Below are positions 50,410 to 62,720 of a stretch of 64,000 nucleotides of DNA, piece by piece. The stretch's first letter is position 1. Each line of letters starts with the position of its first letter. Below the pieces are notes generated by a model. That model was given only the letters and a program-made list of their open reading frames with translations, did no database searches and was not told the DNA's origin. Made by a program: the position numbers and the translations under genes. Source of the DNA: Chiloscyllium plagiosum (taxonomy: Eukaryota); contig NC_057718.1 of NCBI RefSeq assembly GCF_004010195.1, positions 39,165,143 to 39,229,142 of the forward strand. The letters run 5' to 3'.

Positions 50410-53400
50410 CTGGGTAATCCAAGATGGAAGACTGGAAAAATTTCTGTCTGTAACAGGTTGCTCCTGTTTGAGGTATTTTAGGTGTTGGAGATGATTTCCT
50501 TGAATTCCAGAAGCAGCAATTATTGTTTTACATCCTGTTGCAATTGTTTTGGAACTTTGAATAAAAGTCAAAACAACGGCACTTTTAAAAGGGAGTAACA
50601 CAGACAAAGGCAGCAAGCACATGGTCTGTAAGGGAGAGGCAGAAAGAAACCCACAATGCTAACTGACACAGCAGTGAATTTGTGCAGTTACTGCCTTTGC
50701 TGTTTGAATTCATGTATCGCTGGACATCGGAGTGCGTCTTGGAAAACTTAAACAGCAAAATTCACAACTGATCTTGGAGGAACCTGTTTGGGAGAGGTCA
50801 CAACTCAGAAACAGATAAGTAAATAGTTTTAAGTATAGCCTTGCTGTAAATCTACAGTTCTTTCTTGATTATATGTTTTCATTGGGATTTGTCTTTTGAA
50901 TAAATTTAAAAATATAAGCCGTAAGTATTAAGTTAGCCTGGAGCAGCATTTTGTCAAGCAATAAGACAGTGCTATTTTCTGGGTCTGTAGACTGGAAGGA
51001 GCAAAATGGCCTTTAGTAGAGTGATATGCTCTTCTTGTTGGATATAGGAGTTTTGGGAGAGCATAAGGGTTACTGAGATTTTATCTGCAATAAATGTCGT
51101 TGGTCGCAAATCCTGTCATATCGAATGGATCAATTGAAGCAACAGTTAGAGGAAATAAGGAATTTACAAGAGCTAGGGGGTGTGTTGGATGGCAGTTATA
51201 GGAAGGGAGAAAAGCCACAGGAGCAGTCAGGTAGTTGGGTTAACTCCAAGAAAGGTAGGAGAGGTAGGCAGGTAGTACAGGAGTCTTCTGTGGCTATCCC
51301 CATTTCAAACATTTGGAAAATGTAGGGGGTGATGGACTTTCGGGGGAATGTAGCACAAACATCTGAGTTTCTGGTATCAAGACAGGCACTAATTTAATGA
51401 GGGGTACATTGGGTTCCAAGCGATCAATTATGTTAGGGGACTCTCTAGTCAGCGGCACAGACAAACATTTCTGTGGCCAGCAGCGAAAAATAAGAATGGT
51501 TTGTTGTCTCCCTGGTGCCAGGATCAAGGATGTCTCAGGGAGGGTGTGGAATACTCTCAAAGGGGAGAGGGGCCAGCTGGAGGTTGTTGTACACATTGGT
51601 AAAGTAAGACATAGGAAGGGGAAAGGATGAGATTCTGAAGGGAGAATATAGAAAGTCAGGCAGGAATTTAAAAAGGAGGTAGATTAGATCTAGTCTATCC
51701 TTTTCCATCACCATTTAAAAAGTATTAGAATTATGGTCACTGGCCCCAAAGTGCTCCCCCACAGACACCTTAGTCATCTACTCTGCCTTATTTCCCAAGA
51801 GTAGGTCAAGGTTTGCACCTTCTCTAGTAGGTACATCCATATACAGACTCAGAAAATCTTCTTGTACACACTTAACAAATTCCTCTCCATCTAAACCCTT
51901 AACACTATGGCAGTCCCAGTCTATGTTTGGAAAGCTAAAATCCCCTACCATAATCACCTTATTATTCTTACAGATAACTGAAATCTCCTTACACATTTAT
52001 TTCTCAATTTTCCTCTGACTATTAGGGGGTCTATAATACCATAATTATGTTAGGGGACTCTCTAGTCAGTGGCACAGACAAACATTTCTGTGGCCAGCAG
52101 CGAAAAATAAGAATGGTTTGTTGTCTCCCTGGTGCCAGGATCAAGGATGTCTCAGGGAGGGTGTGGAATATTCTCAAAGGGGAGAGGGGCCAGCAGGAGG
52201 TTGTTGTACACATTGGTAAAGTAAGACATAGGAAGGGGAAAGGATGAGATTCTGAAGGGAGAATATAGAATATAGTGAGTGTGCCTGTTCCCTCTATCTA
52301 AGTATGCGTGTCTATACAGGTTACCCAGCTGTAAGCGTGCCTGTTCCCTCTCTCTATGTGTGAGTGTCTATAAGGGTACCCAGCTGTGAGATACTAAAGA
52401 AAGAGATCAATCTGAGACTGGGACAGTTGAGAAAAGAAGCAAGCCAATCAGTCAGGGCAGGCAGGAACAAAGCTAAGAACAAGGTAGGACTGATAAATTA
52501 AACTGTATTTGTTTCAATGCAAGAGGCCTAACAGGGAAGGCAGATGAACTCAGGGCATGGTTAGAAACATGGGACTGGGATATCATAGCAAATACAGAAA
52601 CATGGCTCAAGGATGGACAGGACTGTCAGCTTAATGTTCCAGGATACAAATGTTACAGAAAGGGTAGAAAGGGAGGCAAGAGAGGAGGGGGAATAGCATT
52701 TTTAATAAGGGATAGCATTATAGCTGAAGTAACAAAGAGGATTGATAAAGGCAGAGCAGTAGATGCGATCTATATGGACTTCAGTAAAGCTTTCAACAAG
52801 GTTCCCCATGGGAGACTGATTAGCAAGGTTACATCACATGGAATACAGGGAGAACTAGCCATTTGGATACAGAACTGGCTTGAAGGTAGAAGACAGAGGG
52901 TGGTGGTGGAGGGTTGTTTTTCAGATTGGAGGCCTGTGACCAGTGGAGTGCCATAAAGATCGATGCTGGGTCCACTACATTTCATCATTTATATAAATGA
53001 TTTGGAAATGAACATAGGAGGTATAGTTAATAAGTTTGCAGATGACAACAAAATTGGAGGTGTAGTGGACAGTGAAGAAGGTTACCTCAGAATACAATGG
53101 GATTTTGATCAGATGGGCCAATGGGCTGAGAAGTGACAAATGGAGGTTAATTTAGATAAATGCAGGGTGCTGCATTTTGGGAAAGCAAATCTTAGCAGGA
53201 CTTATACACATAATGGTAAGGTTCTAGGAAGTGTTGCTGAACAAAGAGACCTTTGAGTGCAGGTTCATTCCTCCTTGAAAGTGGAGTCGCAAGTAGGTAG
53301 GATAGTGAACAAGGTGTATGATATGCTTTCCTTTGTTGGTCAGAGTATTGAGTACAGGAGTTGGGAGGTCATGTTGCGGCTGTACAGGACATTGGTAGGC

Positions 53401-53950
53401 CACTGTTGGAATATTGCATCCAGTTCTGGTCTCCTTCCTATTGGAAAGGTGTTGTGAAATTTGAAAGGGTTTAGAAAAGATTTACAAGGATGTTGCCAGG
53501 GTTGGAGGATTTGAGCTATAGGGAGAAGCTGAACAGGCTGGGGCTGTTTTCCCTGAAGCTTTGGAGGCTGAGGGGTGACCTTATAGAGGTTTATAAAATC
53601 ATGAGAGGCATGGATAGGATCAATAGACAAAGTATTTTCCCTGGGGTGGGGGAGTCCAGAAGTAGAGGGCATAGATTTAGGGTAAAGGGGCAAGATATAA
53701 AAGGGACCTAAGGGGCAACTTTTTCACACAGAGGGTGGAGCTTACGTGGAATGAGCTACCAGAGGAAGTGGTGGAGGCTGTAAAATTGCAACATTTAAAA
53801 GGCATCTGGATGGGTTTATGAATAGGAAGGGTTTGGAGGGATATGGACCAAGTGCTGGCAAATGGGACTAGATTAGGTTGGGAAACCTGATCGGCATGGA
53901 TAAATTGGACCAAAGGGTCTGTTTCCGTGCTGTACATCTCTACAACTCCA
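50410..53950 (+). mobile_element. Rearranged CR1 with 5' UTR, ORF1 (zinc finger/SGNH esterase remnant), deleted ORF2 and intact 3' end
   Basis: ORF1 motifs IMLGDSLVSGTD and MVCCLPGARIKDV. APE start (FNARGL..ETWL), RT (MDFSKAFNKVPH, KFADD) and 3' tail at ~53860-53950. Confidence 0.88.
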
Positions 53951-55547
53951 TGGTGCATGGGACAGCTTCAACACAGAAAACTCGCACTCTGATAGAACAT
54001 GGTCCAAGCCATTTCCCAGCACTGATAGGGACAAATTAGGTTGTGTGCCTGCACATACCTGTGACTAATTCCAAAAGCCCATGTTTGATACTGCAGGAAG
54101 TTTTCTCAAGATGAATGTTTGTCAGCATTTTGAGCATACAAACATTCTTTACCAGCCTGAACCAAAACTTTAACTATCACCATAAATAAAATTACATGAA
54201 ATAAATGAAATAATTTACATAAACTAGTCTGTAAATGTGTTCAGAAGCTTAGATGATAATTACAGAAGGATAAAGTTTTCTTAATTCATCCATCCAGACT
54301 AAACCTAAAACAGCCCCAATTCAACATCCAGTTGATTGCAACATGAATGCAGTATTTTCAATTGTTTTCTTTTTGAGAGTCTGTTCAGAACTAAAATGCT
54401 GCACCAATGTACTTCCTGATTTGCTATAATCACGTGACCTCATGATGCGGCACTGGCTGAGTTGCCATATTACAGCCAATTTCAATAAAGTCACAGCACA
54501 GACATGACTGTTCTCTGAGAGCTCGTCTAATTCATATTTTGAAAACTCTTTGTGTGCAGCTCAGTTCTTAATATTGGTCTTATGTTCATCTTTAAAATGC
54601 TATATTATCTATAAGCATGGTCTAGAGGACCTTTAATTTTAAAAAAGGACTGCAAAAGAGGGAAATGGAGAAATGGATTGGTCTAGGCAAGGAATCAATA
54701 GGCAGATGGAGAGGCAGATGGGTTGATGGAGCTTGAGACCATGCAGCCAAAATATGTCAAACTATAATGGGATGAGAGGGCAATTTATAAATTTAGCAAT
54801 GATAATGGTTATAGTCCTTGTTGCAGTGAGTACTTGTCAGAATTGAACAGTTATTTTGTGGAATTGCGGGAAACTTGATGCCACATTTCTGGTTCAAACA
54901 GAATACACAATGATGACAGGTGACTTGTATCTAGAGAGTTAAATGCTGGATATCTTGAAGAATCAAGGGTTAACAGTTGAACTTTTTATCATGGAACAAT
55001 TTGACTTTCCAAGATAAACAGGATGGATCTGAAGTGAGATGAGAGGAAAACCTGGTTTGTCTCATGACTTTAATGTCCAAATATTGTGTATGAGGAATAC
55101 ATGTGTAAGACAAAAAGCACCAGCAATTATGTCAGCCATGATTAAGGTGTAGATTGAGTGGATACAGTAAGCATAAACAGAGGGATACTTCACAGAAAGG
55201 TAACATTCAATCATGCTGTTCTTCAAAGTGGTTAAAACCAGTTTGACCAGGAAGTCTTGTTTGAGCATAGTAGTTTTGGAGTAAGCAAATTCAACTTTTA
55301 CTTGAATGGACTTGCCTTCAAAAGGATTTGGAATATATATACATCATGATGTTTTATGTATGACCTGTAGCTTTGATGTTGGCAAAGTCTAATGAAGCTT
55401 GGTTTTTATCAGGTTTCTGTAAGATTGCATGATACCAAAACCAAAAAGCTCTCCAAATCCAGTTCAGCCAGATACTCCAACTGGAAATCAATACATTTTC
55501 TAATCCATTTAATCATTGAGTGTCACACGATTAATTTAAACATACAG

Positions 55548-57155
55548 GGCTGAATCGTACAGTACTTTGGCTAAATGTCATTTCATGGAGGGTTGCTCCC
55601 CAGAAGGCCTAGTGGGTTTTCTCACGTTATTGACCCAAATTTGTTTCAGTAAGTATCTACTCTGAAACTATGGCACTCCTCTTGTCCAATGCTAGTCCAA
55701 TTCTTCCTTTTACAGTGGCTGGAGGAACACACCGCTGGCTTGGTATCCTGGAATGGACTGATATCTCTTTGAAAGGCTGTTGTGCACTTGAACAGGCACT
55801 GTCAGTCTTGAGCTACACTGCACAGTTTGTGACATTTGAGGCAACTTTGGTGTGCAAGGACATGGTGGTTCTTGTGGATGGAGGGTGGAAAGGAGAGATG
55901 TTCTCTTCCCCCAGGTTTGGCACAGGAAGCTACGACGCAGACACTGCCAGCCTGCCACCCAGGTCAGTACAGTCTCAGCCATCTGGAGAATACCAAACAG
56001 TGTAGGAAGAAGATCAATAAAGTTCTCTGACCTGACAAAATAAGTGCCACCACCTGCTCTCCACTACTTCACACTCACTCCATTCTGCAATACACCCACT
56101 TCCCACAAAGGGTCATGCTCTTCCATTCTCATTACTGCTTGCAATATCTTCCCTCACTTGCTCCTTTTCACCCAGTTTGCCCAGATACCTCACCACCTTT
56201 CCCCAACTGGCACCAACACCATCTTCTGTGCCATCCACTTTCATCTCCCTTGATACCTACATTTCTCTCAATCCATGAACAAACAGCCCACCATAGGCCA
56301 GAAAAAGCCAACATGGATGGTGGACTAACTGATATCCTCTCCCTTATGAGAGCATCCTGACCCAGATCCTGAGGGGCTGTCTGTGTTGAAACCCCTAGGT
56401 TGGTAATGGACAATGCTCTTGATTTACTGTGCCTCGACTCCTTGACCAAACGCTGTCTCCTCTGATTTGACTGAAGTCTGCTCACCATCATGTGAACTTT
56501 CCTGGCTTTGTGTGCAATAAACAGCAAGGCAATATGGCAATATTGTGAGCTTCGTAGTTCTGGATGAGGGAGCAAAGTGCAAAAATGCAGGGATACTGTG
56601 AGCATTCAGGTAGGAGTGAGCTAAAAGAGCACATAAGTCGCCCTTAGATCCAGCCAGGTCTAGGCCATTGAATTAGGTGTGTGCTAACAAACTATCCTTG
56701 CAGTATCATTCATACCTCCTGGTACAGCATTAAAGTCAGAAGTGTACTATAAGTGGATGAGGCATGTATCATGATGGCATGGTGAGGCTGCCAATGGGAT
56801 GCCAGTGTCCATGGATGTGGTTATGCAACTGCTTTTCATGAGGAGTGCCCTGAGATATTGGCACTGCATGTCAAAGTTAGAGATCCAGAGGAGCAAACAA
56901 TGAAGTAGATTTGCCCTGGCTTTCAAGTCGGGAATTCTCAGCATCTAGTTTCCTCACAGCACTTGGTTGGATAGGAAGCTGCATATTAATGAGGTGCAGT
57001 TAATGAGGGTGATAACAAATAATAATCCTTATTGATAAGCAGCTTGCCATCTCCAAGCAAGAATCCTACCTCAACATCTAGAACCCTACTGGAAAATGCA
57101 ACTCATTGTTCCCGACATCGAGAAAGGCCTTGTTCGACTATCCACATGATTTTCC
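55548..57155 (+). mobile_element. Harbinger-like DNA transposon relic with a Myb/SANT domain remnant
   Basis: KDMVVLVDG, VERRDVLFP, QVSTVSAIWR and KQCRKKINKVL occur in shifting frames at 55850-56030. Termini GGCTGAATCG / CATGATTTTCC are flanked by CAG/CAG. Confidence 0.65.
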
Positions 57156-57247
57156 CAGATTTCTCAACATAGCTGACATTATCTAACACTTTAGTAAAAA
57201 GCAAGTGTGACACAGGAGTGGAACTGGACATTAAAATTTTGAATGAA

Positions 57248-60200
57248 CAGTGCGGACTTGTGCTGGTCAGCAAGTGGGCACAGTGCGGACTCACGGTGGT
57301 CAGCAAGTAGGTACAGTGCGGACACATGGTGGTCAGCAAGTAGGCACAGTGCGGACTTGTGCTGGTCAGCAAGTGGGCACAGTGCGGACTCACGGTAGTC
57401 TGCAAGTAGGCACAGTGCAGACTCATGGTGGTCAGTTAGTAGGCACAGTGCGGACACATGGTGGTCAGTAAGTAGGCACAGTGCAGACTCATGGTGGTCA
57501 GTTAGTAGGCACAGTGCGGACACATGGTGGTCAGTAAGTAGGCACAGTGCAGACTCGTGGTGGTCAGCAAGTAGGCACAGTGCAGGCGCATGGTGGTCAG
57601 CAAGTAGGCACAGTGCGGACGTGGGCTGGTCAACAAATAGGCACAGTGTGGACACATGGTGGTCAGCAAGAAGGCACAGTGCAGATTCATGGTGGTCAGT
57701 AAGTAGGCACAGTGCGGGCTCATGGTGGTCAGTAAGAAGGCACAGTGCAGACTCATGGTGGTCAGCAAGTAGGCACAGTGAGGACTCATGGTAGACAGCA
57801 AATAGGCACAGTGCGGACACATGGACATTAGCAAGTAGGCACAGTGCAGACTCATGGTGTTCAGCAAGTAGGCACAGTGCAGACTCATGGTGGCCAGCAA
57901 GTAGGCACAGTGCAGACACATGGTCAGCAAGTAGGCACAGCGCAGACTCATGGTGGTCAGTAAGTAGGCACAGAGCGGACACATGGTGGTCAGCAAGTAG
58001 ACACAGTGCGGGCTCATGGCAGTCGGCAAGTAGGCACAGTGCAGACTCATTGTGGTCAGCAGGTAGGCACAGTGCGGACATATGGTGGTCAGAAAGTAGG
58101 CACAGTGCGGACTCATGGTGGTCAGCAAGTAGGCACAGTACGGGCTCATGGTGGTCAGTAAGTAGGCACAGTACGGGCTCGTTGTGGTCAGTAAGTAGGC
58201 ACAGTGCAGACCTATGGTGGTCAGCAAGTAGGCACAGTGCAGACTCATGGCAGTCAGCTAGTAGGCACAGTGCGGACATATGGTGGTCAACAAGTAGGCA
58301 CAGTGCGGACTCATGGTGGTCAGCAAGTAGGCACAGTACAGACTCATAGCAGTCAGCAAGTAGGCACAGTGCAGACTCATGGTGGTCGGCAGGTAGGCAC
58401 AGTGCAGACTCATGGTGGTCAGCAAGTAGGCACAGTGTGGAAAAATGATGGTCAGCAAGTAGGCACAGTGCGGACTTTAGCTGGCCAACAAATGGGCACA
58501 GTGTGGACAAATGGTGGTCAGCAAGTAGGCACAGTGTGGACAAATGGTGGTTAGCAAGTAGGCACAGTGCAGACTCATGGTGGTCAGCAAGTAGGCACAG
58601 TGCAGACTCATAGTGGTCAACAAGTAGGCACAGTACGGGCTCGTTGTGGTCAGCAAGTAGGCATAGTGCAGACTCATGGTGGTCAGCAAGTAGGCACAGT
58701 GCGGACACATGGTGGTCAGCAAGTAGGCACAGTGCAGTCTCATGGTAGTCAGCAAGTAGGCACAGGGCAGACCCATGCTGGCCAGCAAGTAGGAACAGTG
58801 CAGACTTGCGCTGGTCAACAAATAGGCACAGTGCAGACTCATGGCAGTCGGCAAGTTGGCACAGTGCAAGCTCATGGTGATTAGCAAGTAGGCACAGTGC
58901 GGACTCGTGGTGGTCAGCAAGTAGGCATAGTGCGGACTCCTGGTGGTCAGCAAGTAGGCACAGTGCAGACTCATGGTGAGCAGCAAGTAAGCACAGTGCA
59001 GTCTCATGGTAGTCAGCAAGTGGGTACAGTGCAGACTCATGCTGGTCAGCAAGTAGGCACATGCGGACTTGCGCTGGTCAACAAATAGGCACAGCACAGA
59101 CTCATGGCAGTCGGCAAGTTGGCACAGTGCAGACTCATGGTGATTAGGAAATTGGCACAGTGTGGACTCGTGGTGGTCAGCAAGTAGGCACAGTGCAGAC
59201 TCATGGTGGTCAGCAAGTAGGCACAGTTGGATTCATGGGGATCAGCAAGCAGGCACAGTGTGGGCTCATGGTGATCAGCAAGTAGGCACAGTGCAGACTC
59301 GTGGTGGTCAACAAATAGGCACAGTGCGGGCACATGGTGGTCAGCAAGTAGGCACAGTGCGGACTTGTGCTGGTCAACAAATAGGCACAGTGCAGACTCA
59401 TAGCAGTCGGCAAGTAGGCACAGTGCGGACTCATGGTGGTCAGCAAGTAGGCACAGTGCAGACTCATAGTGGTCAGTAAGTAGGCACAGTACAGGCTCAT
59501 GGTGGTCAGCAAGTAGGCACAGTACGGGCTCATCGTGGTCAGCAAGTAGGCACAGTGCGGACACTTGGTGGTCAGTAAGTAGGCACAGTACAGGCTCATG
59601 GTGGTCAGCAAGTAGGCACAGTGCAGACTCATGGTGGTCAGCAAGCAGGCACAGTATGGGCACAATCTGGTCAGTAAGTAGGCACAGTGTGGGCTCATGG
59701 TGGTCAGCAAGTAGGCACAGTGCGGACTCATGGTGGTCAGCAAGTGGGCATAGTGCAGACTCATGGTGGTCAGCAAGTGGGCATAGTGCAGACTCATGGT
59801 GGTCAGCAAGTAGGTACAGTGCGGTCTCATGGTGGTCACCATGTAGAAACAGTGTGGACTCATGGTGGTAAGCAAGTAGGCACAGTGTGGGCTCATGGTG
59901 GTCAGCAAGTAGGCACAGTGCGGACTCATGGTGGCCAGCAAGTAGGCACGTTGCAGGCTCATGGTGGTCAGCAAGTAGGCACACTGCGGGCTCATGGTAG
60001 ACAGCAAGTCGGCACAGTGCAGACTTGCGTTGGTCAATAATAGGCACAGTGCAGACTCATGGCAGACGACAGGTAGGCACAGTGCAAACTCATGGTGAAA
60101 ATGTGTTGCTGGAAAAGCGCTGCAGGTCCGGGAGCATCCAAGGAGCAGGAGAATCGACGTTTCGGGCACGAGCCCTTCTTCGGGCTCATGCCTGAAACGT

Positions 60201-60712
60201 CGATTCTCCTGCTCCTTGGATGCTGCCTGACCTGCTGCACTTTTCCAGCAACACATTTTCAGCTCTGATCTCCGGGATCTGCAGTCCTCACTTTCTCCTA
60301 GCAAACCCATGGTGGTCAGCAAGTAGGCACAATGCGGACTCATGGTGGTCAGCAAGTAGGCACAATGCGGTCTCATGGCGGTCAGCAAGTAGGCACAGTG
60401 CAGGCTCATGGCGGTCAGCAAGTAGACACAGTGCGGGCTCATGGTGGTCAGCAAGTAGGCACAATGCGGTCTCATGGTGGTCAGCAAGTAGGCACAGTGT
60501 GGGTTCATGGCGGTCAGCAAGTAAACACAATGCAGACTCATGGTGGTCAGCAAGTCAGCACAGTGCGGATTCATGGTGGTCAGCAAGTAGAGACAATGCG
60601 GACTCATGGTGGTCAGCAAGTAGATACAGTGCGAATTCATGGTGGTCAGCAAGTAGGCACAGTGCGGGCACATGGCAGTCAGCAGGTAGGCACAGTGTGG
60701 TGTCATGGCAGT
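57248..60712. repeat. 33-bp minisatellite of roughly 98 units, consensus CAGTGCRGACTCATGGTGGTCAGCAAGTAGGCA
   Basis: Direct tandem periodicity, 11-aa repeats in the ORF track, and no unique spacers. Confidence 0.97.
60098..60300 (+). mobile_element. Penelope-derived fold-back element (family A) inserted into the minisatellite
   Basis: ~75-bp inverted arms, each containing GGGC-loop-GCCY-GAAACGTC, plus a tail. TSD GCAAACTCATGGTG (60084-60097) / GCAAACCCATGGTG (60301-60314). Confidence 0.9.
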
Positions 60713-61296
60713 GCTGTCAAAGAGATTTTGGATGCATCGACGAGGCGGTTATATGACCAACTCGGCTGCTGTGGTGAAGGTGAGTTTGGCATTCCAGTGG
60801 CATTTCCGTGCAGCACAGGCGAGTTTGGGCCCAGTATGAGACCCTACAACATCTGCATCGAATGCACCGGTGCAGTGGGCCCGAAGCAGTCTCATGGAGG
60901 CTGTGGCATCGATTTTGAGCCAGCGCGGTACCTCGCATTGGTGGTGCCTGCGTTGGCGAAGTCTAGCAAGCACTCACAGTGGCGAGGACATTGGTGCAGA
61001 CAAAGTGGCACTGAAGAATATATTGACTTTCATTCCAGCAGTGGATGCATGGCGAAGGGAGCTTGTGCCTAGCCACTAGGCCCATGGCCCGTGATGGAGC
61101 AATTAACAAGAAGGATTGTAAAGTTGAGCACTTTTTATTTATGTCTATATTCTTCTGCCTTTATATTCTATGTTTTGGCTTATTTCTCTGTTTTTTTAAG
61201 ATGGCGCTGGAGAGTAGTGAGACTATACAATACTTTTTACTGTACTTTGGAACAAAATACACATGACAACAAATAAATCAAATCAAATCAAATCAA
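60713..61296 (+). mobile_element. CpG-rich non-autonomous retroposon with a LINE-type tail
   Basis: Ends ACTGTACT..TACACATGACAAC-AAATAAA-(TCAAA)n, resembling L2/Rex1-group 3' ends. No recognisable coding motif. Confidence 0.55.
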
Positions 61297-62119
61297 GGCT
61301 GGAATTGGGAAGGAATGAAGTATTCGACAGCAGATGGGATGAGGTATGACAGATGCAGACAATGATACAAAGGTGGAAGTAGGCAGTCTTCATATAATGA
61401 ATATATGGATACACAAAAGTTTGCTTGAGGTTGAATGGGAGATGAAATTAATGCAGGAGAGAGTAAAATATTCCACAAGAAGCCAAATGACCATATTCCA
61501 TGAATTCCATGAATTATGACAGAATCTCTAGGAATTAGGTAGAAAAGAAGATCTTGACTGCAATGTGTAACATCCCTGCCTCTGAACCAAATATTCTGTG
61601 TCCAAGTCCCACTCCAGTTCAGAACTAACTTATTATTCAGGAATGGATTGTTTTAACTTAATTATGAAAGAGTGGATTAAATTATATTCTGTCTAATTGT
61701 GGTTAGTTGTTAAACACTTTCTGTAGGGAAGGAGCCATATACCAGGACAACAATAACGCTATTGGTTTATAGCTTTATGACTGCTGTTATATGGTTCAGG
61801 CTAATGTATCTTAGGCTGAGAAATGCGAAAATGCTTTTGAAATGTGCAACCCACAATCCTACCCCAAAACTTGATGACTACTGAACATGTGTCACAGCCA
61901 AACAGATTAATTACGGGTCCGCAAATCTTTCCAATAGGCCTATTGCAGACAGAAAGGGCTGGGCAGTAAACTGAGCAAGTATCCCAGAGGCAGAGTAAAT
62001 ATAGCTTTTGACTTAAGGCTAGCAATATATTCCTGAAGAATCATGCTACAGAAACAGATGTAAGTGTAACTGGAACTAAAAAGCTGATGAGAACCAAAAC
62101 TCTTAAGAAATCATGGGCT

Positions 62120-62720
62120 TCGGTAAATTCAGTGCTCAATATGTCTAATGTAAACCTGCCATCAACAAAGACAATGCAACCTTGAACTACACAACTAAAG
62201 CAGTAGCATGTAAATGTTGGGAAATTTTGATCACTCTATGAATATTGTTGACAAACCACACATTAAACACTGTCCATTCCTAGTTGCTGAGGGGGAATAA
62301 AGGGAATCATTAAAATATTAAAAGCAGAGCAGAGAACAACCGTAAGACTGATTTCTATTGTCAGGGGTCTAAATAATGAGAAATTCTGGAGAGTACTGGA
62401 AAGGAGATATCTAGGATGTAACCTTGGACAAGTGTATGTGATTGTATATGATATGGTCAGAAATGGTTAATCCAAATACTATTTTACATTAACCAGTGAG
62501 AGTATGACAAGGGGATGTAGTTTTGAAACAGAACAAGATCTTTTTAGAGCTGAAATCAGGAATTGCCTCTTCACAACAATTGAGATAGAGTCTCGTATAA
62601 GATGAAGACAAAAATTCCTGAATCTATTAACAAACAATTGTTTAAGATAGCAATGGGGGCAGAGGTTCCCTCAGGGTGAATAAAATAAGGGCTGAACAGT
62701 TTTCCTTATCTGCAGGAACG
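62120..62720 (+). mobile_element. Very old CR1 3' relic
   Basis: Degenerate GACAAGGGGATG..GAAATCAGGA..TCTTCACA and GGGCTGAACAG..TCCT tail segments. Confidence 0.45.

Noticed and set aside
54430-54440. TCACGTGAC E-box/CLEAR-like site as a promoter
   Set aside because: A single short motif with no CpG island or downstream exon evidence.
57191-59062. 623-aa ORF as an annotated gene
   Set aside because: It lies almost entirely within the tandem repeat, has no unique domain or splice context, and the frame is intrinsically stop-poor. Kept only as a finding.
57248-60712. CRISPR-like array (33-bp periodicity)
   Set aside because: Units are head-to-tail with no unique spacers, there are no cas genes, and the context is vertebrate.
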